This document shows positions 1 through 10,428 of a DNA stretch of 64,000 nt, one piece after another. Origin of the DNA: Kudoa neothunni (lineage: Eukaryota > Animalia > Cnidaria). The notes beneath the pieces are model-generated. The model was not told the origin of the DNA. It made no database searches and saw nothing but the letters and a program-made list of their open reading frames with translations. Position 1 is the stretch's first letter. Each line of letters opens with the position of its first letter. Both the position numbers and the translations under genes were made by a program. The stretch spans positions 5,631,200-5,695,199 of the forward strand of contig OZ199840.1 of assembly GCA_964304625.1 (NCBI GenBank), written 5' to 3'.

Positions 1-213
1 GGTTCCTGCCCAGGAGTTAGAAAGCGTGCCGTTGTCCTGAGAAAAACCATCTATCCTCAAACCACGAGAGTTGCTCAAGAACAAGTCTCCCTCAAATTCA
101 TCGATACCTCGTCCAAAATGGGCAATGGTAGATTCCAAACTCAAGCCGAGAAGACTGCTTTCATGGGTCTCTTGAAGCATCAACGTGAAGTGGAGATTGT
201 TGCAAAAGTCTGA
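1..213 (+). CDS. RPL3: 60S ribosomal protein L3 (uL3), C-terminal fragment running off the window start
   Basis: Frame 1 translates to [60 protein letters not shown]...KV*, with TGA at 211-213. [17 protein letters not shown] is the conserved RPL3 C-terminal motif. Confidence 0.95.
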   Translation, partial: GSCPGVRKRAVVLRKTIYPQTTRVAQEQVSLKFIDTSSKMGNGRFQTQAEKTAFMGLLKHQREVEIVAKV

Positions 214-1371
214 ACAGTGTGTTGTTACTAAGTTGATCCGTTAATAGTAGACTCTTTGACTATAGATAAAACTCGTTTTTTTGCGTGCTGTTAAATTGAA
301 TTCATGTGACGTTAACGAAAAGAAGATTTATCCTTTATTAATTTTGTATAAAGATATATAATATTATTTTACAGCAGAATGCGCATCAAATGGATGAATA
401 AAATTTTTAATTAATTTTGATTGTATTGTCCGCGTTTTTCGTACATTTCGAATCCCTGTGGAGGATACGAACGAGTAGTCACCCACTGTATTTCGTTCGG
501 CGCATTATAGCTGGTAGAATTTTATCACCTCTAATTAACTTACCCTTCTTGTCCTGGGCGAGTATTTCGTGCCTCATAGTTACTGTTTTTCTCCTAATAT
601 TAAACGTGCTCTTTTTATTTTCGCCATAACACACAAATAATTTTAAGTTCTAAAGTAGAGATTTGACACTTTTTGGTTCATATGATACCATTTTTCTCGG
701 AATTCTATCGGCATAAATTTCTCAAAATTTTTATTTATTTTCAAATATTACTTATTAACAATCGTAAAATATAAACCTATGGTTTTAAAGTCACCAATTT
801 CGTTGAAATTTAGCAATTTTTATGATCTTAGAGAGTTGAGGATCGGTGAAATCAGATTTATATTGTCACAAAACAACCTATGTATTTTCAGATACTACAA
901 ACATTGTAATAAATTCTATTATTTTTAATGTATTTTGATAATATTTTACAAACGTCATACAGTTTATCCAAAAATCATTTTATTAATGTTTAAATATTAG
1001 AAAATAAAAAATGAATGGTCGATATGTTCGGTTGTCATTGGTTCATAGGTAAATTAGAATTTTTTCGTTATTGGAACGGTAAAAACTTTTCTAAGTAACA
1101 TAAATGTATTTCATTTAATTATGAATCAAAATAAGCAATGAGAATGTGGGATACTTCCGGAACACAAAACTGCTTTATGTTAAGCAGGAAATCCAAACCT
1201 ACCTTGTGGTTTTACCCAAGATCTCGCGATTTTTCTACTAAGTTTGGGTTCTTGGGGGTTTTTGTTTATTTACAAAATTTGCAGATTATTGAATTCTTTG
1301 AGATCAATTTATAAATTGTGTCTTAGAATTAGGTAGAATAATCAAATTTATTGTTTTAGTAATGGAGAAAA

Positions 1372-1552
1372 TTAGATAATCACGGAGTGTGTGGCTCCAA
1401 AATTTAACAGGGCTGCACATGCCACCCACATTTTCAACTTAATTCAATATTAACTCAGCACAATTTTTAAATATTGAGTGATGAGGAAACAATATCAAAA
1501 ATTATTAAATAATATCCTCACATTTTACTAGTCGTGGCCATTCGGATGTGTC
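1372..1552 (+). repeat. Left copy of a ~180-bp imperfect inverted repeat (partner at 4702-4880)
   Basis: ctcagcacaatttttaaatattgagtgatgaggaaa...gtggccattcggatgtgtc is the reverse complement of gacacatccgaatggccat...ttcctcatcactcaatatttaaaaattgtgctgag. Confidence 0.85.
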
Positions 1553-4500
1553 ATGAAAATAGATTACGAACTCGGGGCAAGATTACCTAATCGCTTTAAT
1601 CTTATTTTTGAATGCTTGTTTAACTGATTTGTCGTAAAAACTTCGATTTTAATTTTCTTTGTTGCATCAAGTTTACTGTTTTTGATTTAAATAGTATTAA
1701 ACTACATATTTTAATAGTATTCATGGATTTTATTGTAAAAATGAACGAGTTCTTACAATCAATTGTTCACTTGTTAATTTTATGCATATGTTTTGCAATA
1801 CTTTCTTTAAATTCAGTTAACGTATGTCGATGAGAATCTTTTAGTTTATATATTTTTTAAATAGTATTTGTTTTTAATTCTAACAAAGTACGCAAAATCT
1901 AACAAAAACAAATTATTTCCTATTTAAGCTCAGTTTTTATAAAAGCTGTTTAGACAATAGAAAATTATTGGGACGTTTTATTGATTTTTTTATGAACAAA
2001 CCCAAAGTTTGATAAAATTTTGAACAATTTTATAATTATTATTTTAAGAAAGATATGGCAACTAGGGAATTTTTGAGATTTAATCGAATTTTGTCAAATA
2101 ATAATTGTTTAAAAACTTGGATGGTTTACGGTATTGAAAGAATATCAATTTATTTATGTACAAAATGAGATCAGTAAAATAATTTGGGATGTTATATCAT
2201 AACAATTGCATATTTTTAGGCTGTTTAGAGCTCTATTTCAACGATCCATCCTCAAATCGACAGAACTAAATCAAGTCTATTATAAGTACACAACCTGTAT
2301 ATATATACATATTTTCTTGTTCGTTAAAAGAAATTTAATATCTAAGCTTTTAGATTGATGATATTTACCTGACCTTTTGGGATACTTTAAAACAGATAAC
2401 TCTAAAAAGGATGTACAAGTGTTACGAAAATTAACTTAAAAAATTTGTAATACTTATAAATATGAATTATATTTATATTTAGTATTAATGATTATAGATA
2501 ATTAATTATTTCGACGCATTTATATGAATTTTTTATGAAATTATAATATGCGCGAACAAAAAAATAATAAAGGGCAATGATGAGAGTATTATCTTTTAAG
2601 GAGAGAGTAGATTTATCTCGTTTTATCGGCTAGAAGATTTTCTAAAGTCATACGAAAAACAAATTATTATGTAACTTAATAGATAGTGATTAAACAAATT
2701 GTTTATATCAAATGAGTAATCTTCCAAAAAATTTAATGGGAAGATGGTGTACTATTATATTTAGTACATTTGTTATTTGGGCGATCATTATCGTCATAGA
2801 TCAAAGGATGTAAGAGAGGTTAAAACTTTGTGAGGCACATACCAGGCTCACATTAAAATAGGAGTAAGCTCCGATGGAAAAAAATGTGAAATAAAATTTT
2901 TACACCTACAAGATAACCACAGAAAAAAACAGGTTTTCTTCAAGTGTACAGCCACAACGTAAATTTGACAATAATAATAAATTAACATATGAATTAATTT
3001 CTATATTTGCCAATGAAAAAATATCGCAGTCTAAAATACAATAAGAAACAGGTGAAATAATTACCCGCTAGACAATAAATATACGAAAAATATATCTTCC
3101 TAACGTAGTCAAATGAACCATTTCATACGATTTTAACTCTGGATCATAACTATGATGTTAAAATTCTTACTGAAGATGCGAATCGGCTTTACGCAATAAT
3201 ATTTATATAAGATGGGATGAAGGTTTTATCTTGCTGCTAGAACTACTTATGTTGGTTGATACAACCTAAAAATCACTGGAATCACGATAAAAAACTCAAT
3301 ATTCATAATTTATTTATTTTGTAAACTCTCAATTTTATTAGATTTTCTTCAGTGTTCCTCAATACCTAACAGTTAACGTTTTCCCCTGGCACGAGCAATA
3401 AAGTAATGACTTTATTATTTATAAAAAAAGTTATTTAAAACTAGTATATTAATAAATTAATATTTATTCTATCATCGATTAAAGAGGAGGTACTTTCTGT
3501 AATCACCACCAAACATTTGAAACTCTCGAAAGCCTTGAAAAACAATTCTCTGAATGTTAAACTAATTATATGTAAATTTCACGTTTTTCAAATTTGTGAG
3601 TGGTACACATTGTTTTGAACATATAATATCATGCGTGAATTAAAAGATTTGATGATAGAAATAATTCAAAAAATAATCTTCGTTAGAAATTAAGATGATT
3701 ATCAGAAAATGTGCACTGAGCCTAACCGCTAAACGTTGAGGATTTTAATTTGTATATTCAAACAAATTTATATCCACTTAGATCACAGTGGATTAATTTA
3801 CCAGACAATATAAAATTAATCAAATCTACTAGAATTCTAAGGTTTTAGTTTCGGTGTATCTTCCTACGTTTTTTGCAGATTTTACACTTCCTAAAAGCCT
3901 AGAGCAATATGAAGACTAAGAGGTTTTAGAATGACTGCGATCGGGGGGAAAAACTACATAATAGAATTATAATAAAGTTTATTATTCGTGTTTTGTCAAT
4001 CATTCTTGCGTAATTTTTTCTATTTATCGTAAAATTCAAAGATACTCGAAGTTCAATCAACGACTATATGGTCCCTATTTAGACTTACGAAATCGACGTT
4101 GTGTTTAAGATATCTATTCGTTATTTTTTAAACTTAATAAGTAAATTACTTTATCATAAAAAACTTAATAATAACTAAGTAACTATTAAATCAAGTGTGA
4201 CAAATACGCGGTTATATGCTACAAATGCCAAAAATTAGATAAATGAATTTTCATATGAAAATTAGAATTTTTATAGTAAAAAAGCTTCCCAATAAAAATA
4301 TGTAAGGAAAAATTCGTTTTCGTGGCAATAGAAAACCACGACATAAGATCATACGCTAGCGTAGTGATAGCCACTGACATTCCCTCATCGCCAAGGGGAT
4401 TACGTACGACCGATCCATAACTGTATAACGTTTGACATTTCGACCCCACATCTCCCATCGGTTGCCGAAATCTGTTTTTACCGAAGAAATAACGATCAAA

Positions 4501-4701
4501 AACAAACAAACGATGCTCTCTAATCTTAAATTATAAATAAATTCGCTTGTACAAAATATCCCAATTAAATCACACTTTTTAAACTCAATATCGAAAAAAA
4601 ATCGTTTGTGTATATTTCATATGAAATTAAACTAATTTTCGACAAATAAAGAGTGAACAAACTCTCGTAAAACGATACTTGAGACGATAACGAGGATCCG
4701 C

Positions 4702-4910
4702 GACACATCCGAATGGCCATGACTAATAAAATGTGAGAATATTATTTAATAATTTTTGATATTATTTCCTCATCACTCAATATTTAAAAATTGTGCTGAG
4801 ATGATATTGAATGAAACTATGAATGTGGGGCATGTAAAACCATGTTAAATTTTGGACCCACACATTCCGTCATTACCTTAACGAATTTAAGACAGGCGGG
4901 TTTAACTGTA
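4702..4910 (-). mobile_element. Right copy of the inverted repeat, ending in a Tc1/mariner-pogo-like terminus
   Basis: Homologous to 1372-1552 in the opposite orientation. The outer end reads TA|CAGTTAAACCCGCC on the minus strand, typical of TA-target DNA transposon TIRs. Confidence 0.55.
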
Positions 4911-6167
4911 TATAAAATCCGCTGTTTGTTAGTTCGTGTCGCTATGTAGGCACATTCGCAAGTAATTTTTAAAATACCAGTATTCCTAGGAGTTTAAAAT
5001 GTTATAAATGCTGAAAAATTATGATATTATCTATTATAGCGAATAGGTACTCACTAAATAAATGTACCAATACGACTGAATACTATATAGGTTATTAGTG
5101 ATTTCTCTGAGTCGACACTCTCTCATTTAATGTACGCGTATATTGTTACACTCATTAAATATGCTCAGCGACCACATTCGTCTAAAATGTGTTAAATCCA
5201 ATCTTAGATGCGAGAAAGCCGATTAGATTATCATCGTAATAGGATTACATTCGTTAATTTCGTAGAAGTAGACAATTAACATAAACTTAACGTTAATGTA
5301 CACAAATTCGACCTGATCCAACTAAAAAGTGGCCGTAAAAGCATAAATAAAAATGGAACATTAAAAAATTATGAATTCTTTGATACGCAAGTAAATTTAG
5401 ATCTATCCAGGTTAAAATGTAGAATAGTGGTCGTATTTTCCAATTAAAGATTATAATTAGTTCGTACATTAATCCTACATATTTTAAATTCATGTGATAT
5501 CTGTTGAACATCTAATGATAGGAATGAATGGATTTCATCCAACAAATTATTATTTAAATTAAAATTATACAATCGTTACAATTAGGCAGCTAATGTTTGT
5601 ATAAATAATGAAGAACCTATTCTTACAGATATGGAATCAATAATATACGATTGCTAAGGATGAAATACGACAATCGATAAAAAATCAATGTTGTCACTCT
5701 TAGATATTAGGATGAATAGAACAATCTTTACTCGATCGATTAAATGATATGGCCTGCGGAAATAACTGCGAGGGGCTAGCAGTTATATAAAGAATATATT
5801 ACAGCAACTATTATTAATAACAAATACAGTGCTGATAGTAACCTACTGGTGATGAAACAATAATAAATCCAAAAAACTAAAATAATCAATAGGTTCGATT
5901 TTTATCCTAGTCGCTTATATGGATTAGAGCCAAAATTCAACATTTTAACCCTAATATTATATAAAGCCCCGATATGATATTGGATTAACGTTACCTGCAA
6001 CATCCGAATTAACCATAATCTTAACGAATTCAGATTAATTGAAAAAAATACGTTAAGTATAAATTATTAAATAATTTATAGTAATTCTACAAGTTACATC
6101 CAAAATAGAATACGAAATATAATTTAGTGAATAAAAGTCAAAAAAAATCATGCCCCCAAAGACTCGT

Positions 6168-6239
6168 GGGGGTATAGCTCAGTGGTAGAGCATTTGACTG
6201 CAGATCAAGAGGTCCTCGGTTCAAATCCGGGTGCCCCCT
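6168..6239 (+). tRNA. trnC-GCA: tRNA-Cys (anticodon GCA), intact and intronless, 72 nt
   Basis: GGGGGTA TA GCTC AGTGGTA GAGC A TTTGA CTGCAGA TCAAG AGGTC CTCGG TTCAAAT CCGGG TGCCCCC T folds into a full cloverleaf with A and B boxes. Anticodon at 6200-6202. Confidence 0.97.
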
Positions 6240-6244
6240 GACTC

Positions 6245-6275
6245 TTTTGATTTTTAATAGTTATTTTCTTTTTTT
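6245..6275 (+). terminator. RNA polymerase III oligo-T terminator(s) for the tRNA-Cys, lying inside the retroelement 5' leader
   Basis: T4 at 6245-6248, T5 at 6251-6255 and T7 at 6269-6275, directly after the tRNA discriminator base. Confidence 0.7.
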
Positions 6276-6294
6276 GTTTAATTTGCTGAATCTA

Positions 6295-9200
6295 ATGATG
6301 CAATTTGGGACGGATTGTGAGCCGGGAACCTTGACTTCTGTGATGTCGTATTTGAGTCGTCGATATTTGGAGTGTAAAAGTAGTCGTCAAAGGATTCCTG
6401 TATTGTACAAAAGTGCAGCAGAGTATGTGAGGGTGATGGCTAGAATTTGGGATTTCCAAAAGTTGACTGAGCCACTGGACAAGAATGGTAAGGCGAGATA
6501 CAAACGTGCTCAAAACAGCAAGGAGAGGATACTTTTATCTATTGTTGAATGTCTTCAGAAAGATTTTGTTGAAGGTACTATGGATGCTGGATTAAAGGAA
6601 CTGATAGACGAGGGAGGAAGAGTACAATTGACAGCGAATTTTAAATTTGTGTTGGAAGGATATGTTTCTATATCCAATCGTATCGTCGAACAAATCGACA
6701 AAACTGGATCGCCCACTATTTCTGAAGAGAATGAAGTGAATGTTGATACTTTAACTGTTACTAGTGAACCGATAATGGTGAATTCTGGTGAGAATGTGGA
6801 CGCCGCCATTATTGACGCGCACGCAATTCCGCCATTAAATTTAAATAAAATTCAAAAAATCAGTGAAATTTTCAAGGTTTCCAATGAAAATTATCCAACT
6901 AATTCTCAAAATGATGATTCTCAAAATTCCTGTTTTTTGATTGAGAAGAGAAAACGCCCCTGTGTTCCTAGTGATGATGAATTTATTTGCACCCCAAAAC
7001 GCAAGAAGTTTATTGAATCCGATGGACAGTCAACCGACTGTGAACAAAGAGAACCATCGAAAGTTCTCACTACACAAGATATTGAGGAATTTATCAAATC
7101 AACAAGACTTGAAAATCCCGACAATTTGAGAAGTCTCTTCAAACTAGATTCTCCCGTTTTGAACGACTCAATTCCGTCTAATCATAACGAAGATTTGAAT
7201 ATCTTCATTCCCATTTCAACACCACTATCTTCAACCTTTGTCCCCGAATCAGTAGACCTAAATGAAATTAGTTTTACAGACCAACCTCCTCCAACCACCA
7301 CGTCAACTCAACAAATTCAAGCAAATCCACCTATTGTAGAAAACGCAGAAAATCGAAGTCAGCTGAATCCAGCTCCATCTTCTGAACCCGTTGAAGAATC
7401 ATCTCAATCCCAGAGAAAGAACTACAGACAACAGAAGGAAGAGCGACTCGCGAAGATCCAACATCTGTCAGAAGAACTACGAGATGTCATGGCAAGAAAC
7501 AACAACGATGACACTTTAACTATCTACTCAAAATTCATTGAGGTTGCTGTAAAAGGCGCCCAAGATGTCCAATTCTTCCAAGCCCCATACAAAAGAAATG
7601 AGAACAACCAAAATCAAAGCAGACTGCCACCTCCACTACAACTACTACAACGAAACCAAGAGTTGACTCTTAGTCAAAAACAGAAACGTTTGAGAGGACT
7701 CTATCGTCATAACCGCCAAAGATGTTTCCGTGAGATAACAGAATCCCCACCCAAATGGTGCCAACTCTCGGCAGATGAAATTGCTAGTGGACTCGCCGGT
7801 CAATTTCCTCCTGTAGTGATACCTCCACATGAAAATAGACCTACAATAGAAATATCCACTACTCAACAAAACGCAGATCCCTCCCAAAATATCTACTATA
7901 ACCCTCAACTATACGACGATTTCTATATCGAGCCTGAAGAAGTGAGACTTGTCATTGAACGAGCCAAAAGAGACAGTAGTGCTGGAACTGACGGCATCAA
8001 GATGATATTTTGGAAGAAGATCCCTCAAATCGAATATCAACTTGCTCCACTCTTCAACAAGATTCTAAAATCATCCACCATCCCACCTCAATGGCTTGAA
8101 TCACGACTCATCCTACTTCCGAAATCTGACAACCCCAACCAATTCAGTACCGATGACTATCGTCCAATATCCATCACCCAGACTATATACCGCCTCTTCA
8201 TGTCTGTTCTAAATAGGAAATTGAGAAATGGTTATGTGTCTTTTTCCAAATCACAAAAAGGTTTTGAACAATGCGATGGATGTGTTGAACACTCGTTTGC
8301 CGTCCAAGAAATTATCAATGTTGTTAGGAGATCAAACAAGAAACTGACCGCCATCTGGATCGATATCAAGAAAGCCTTCGATAGTGTTCCCCATTTCCTC
8401 ATTCTAGAATCCCTTTACAAACTCAGTGATATCCCTCCATATGTGACCCAACTAATCAAGAACTTGTATGACAGTTGCTACAGCTCCATCTCCGACAGTG
8501 ATGGAAGAAGTGCCAAAATAAAGAATGAAGGAAGGGGAGTGAGACAAGGATGTCCGTTGTCTCCTCTCCTGTTCAACCTCATTGTTGACAAATTCCTCGT
8601 CACTGTGGAACAAAGCAGCATTGGTTTTGAGCTAGAAGACAAAAAGTTTGGAGCCCTCGCCTTCGCTGATGATATTGTACTATTATCCCACACCGAAGAA
8701 GAAGCAACCAGCTTACTGCAACTATTTGAACAATTCGCCAACCAATCCCAACTCACTGTCAACGTTAACAAATGTGCTCTTTTGAATGTCAAATATCATC
8801 TTGGAAGAAGAGTTGTCAACAATATCTCTGATCATAATCTGTTCAAGCTCTCCGATCAACCCATACCATTTATGACAGACTTTTACAAATATTTAGGAAC
8901 CCACACCAATCTAACCACCTTTAAGGAAAAACTTCCTGCGATTGAGAAATTTGAAGAGAAGCTCATCAAAATAAGCGATTCCCCCCTGTTTCCATTTATG
9001 AAGCTTGATATGATGCGAATCTATCTTTTCCCTACTCTTGATCACACTCTCAAAAGTCATTGTATCCAAGTCGAAGAACTGAGGAAAACAGATGCACTTA
9101 TCAAACGAGAAGTGAGAAAATGGTTAGACCTGCCACAATCTTCGACATCCAATCTGTTCTACGTGCCAACATCGCTCGGTGGTCTTGGTCTAAGATCATT

Positions 9201-10316
9201 GGTGAATGAATATTGGGCCCTAGACTTTCATCTGGATTAAATCTACTTCATTCGAAGGACGAGAGAATTGAATCTGTAGCCAGGAAAGTCCCTATCAACG
9301 ATTATTCAGAAGAGAACCAAAAACAGACTCACCCCCATTGAATATCTGCAACTTGATAGAGAGCTAGGAAAAGTCCATGATATTCGAAGTCTTCTTTCAT
9401 CTCTTAGAACAAACAGAAAGGCATTAGATATCAAATTCAGACTTGCCGAAGAAGAATCCTCCCGAATCAATCGATCTTGACCTCGATTCTCTCAAACCAC
9501 CCTACATTAACCAAACTCCACCCTACGAACGTAATGACCAATCCTACATTAGTCGAGTGAGAAGACTAAGATGGCATATCCAATCCACATTTGTTGATCA
9601 GTGGATGTCGCAACCCAGATCAAGGAAGATCTTTTATCTGTTTTGCCGCAAATGCCCAAAGCAATTCTTGGATTAGAAATTGTCCCTTAAAGATCTCCAC
9701 CTACCGTTTTGCAGTCCGAGCAAGGATCAACGTATGCCCCACAAAAGCCGTCCTAAAGAAAGCCAAGAGTGTCCCTGATGCAAGATGTCGTCGTTGTAAT
9801 TGTGAGGTAGAAACCTTGGGGCACGTCCTCAATGGTTGTCGCTACAACACACGCCTTATTCAACATCGTCACAACACTGTTTCTGGATATCATTTCCAAC
9901 CAAATCAAGAAAAAATCCAATATCACTGTGAAAATCGACCAAACCATCTCCCACCTCCAAAGCAGTAAGAGACCCGACATCCAAATCATCGACGAGGAGA
10001 ACAAAAGGTTTTACCATTGTCGACCTGGCAATCTGCTATGAGAGCGGTCCCCAACGAATGGCTGAAGTGGGAGAAGCAAAAATCCAGAAATACTCTCCTG
10101 AAGTTATCCAGCTGCGAGAGATGGGATACCGAGCCGTAAGTGATGTGATTATTTTAGGTACTCTCGGTTCACATTATCCACAAAACGATGAAGTGTTCAA
10201 ACGCAATAAATGTGAAGAAGGCCCGAAGAAAGCAATTCCTACGCAAACTGACGGAAACCATTCTGGAACTATCGCGAGGAATTTGGGCTCACCATGTCCA
10301 AACACGTTCGTCCTGA
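6295..10316 (+). CDS. Retrotransposon protein (RT + zinc knuckle + restriction-like endonuclease); contiguous to 9240, then split by several 1-bp indels
   Basis: RT motifs SAGTDGI, W.ESRLILLPK, YRPISI, QKGF...GCVEH, WIDIKKAFDSVPH, GVRQGCPLSPLLFN, AFADDIVLL, YKYLG, GGLGL. Downstream frames give CRRCNCEVETLGHVLNGC, RHN, KRPDIQI...IVDLAICYE...KIQKY, LGTLGS and SRGIWAHH...TGA (10314-10316). First ATG at 6295. Confidence 0.9.
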
Positions 10317-10392
10317 AAACCCAAATATTTTTGTCGGCTTCAGTCCTTAGTTTTTAGTTATAAACTCAAATTGTCACTATTATATTATTGTT

Positions 10393-10428
10393 ATCAAGAG
10401 GTCCTCGGTTCAAATCCGGGTGCCCCCT
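10393..10428 (+). pseudogene. Isolated 3' half of tRNA-Cys (positions 38-73) at the junction between the two element copies
   Basis: ATCAAGAGGTCCTCGGTTCAAATCCGGGTGCCCCCT is identical to 6204-6239. The preceding bases are the element tail (tattattgtt), not the tRNA 5' half. Confidence 0.95.

Larger units (their letters stand above)
6204..10392 (+). mobile_element. Full-length RLE-type non-LTR retrotransposon (R2 group, NeSL/Utopia-like) at the tRNA-Cys anticodon loop; unit length 4189 bp
   Basis: Single ORF with RT, CCHC knuckle and PD-(D/E)xK endonuclease. The sequence from 6204 recurs at 10393 (offset 4189). Short 3' UTR (10317-10392) ends in a TAT/TTA-like tail. Confidence 0.92.

Noticed and set aside
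6292-10004. Minus-strand ORFs overlapping the retroelement
   Set aside because: Antisense shadows of the long plus-strand ORF, with no motifs.
6204-10392. Element as a giant tRNA intron or group II intron spliced from position 37/38
   Set aside because: The tRNA is already complete at 6168-6239 and followed by Pol III terminators, so no splicing is needed. The RT is not a group II maturase type.
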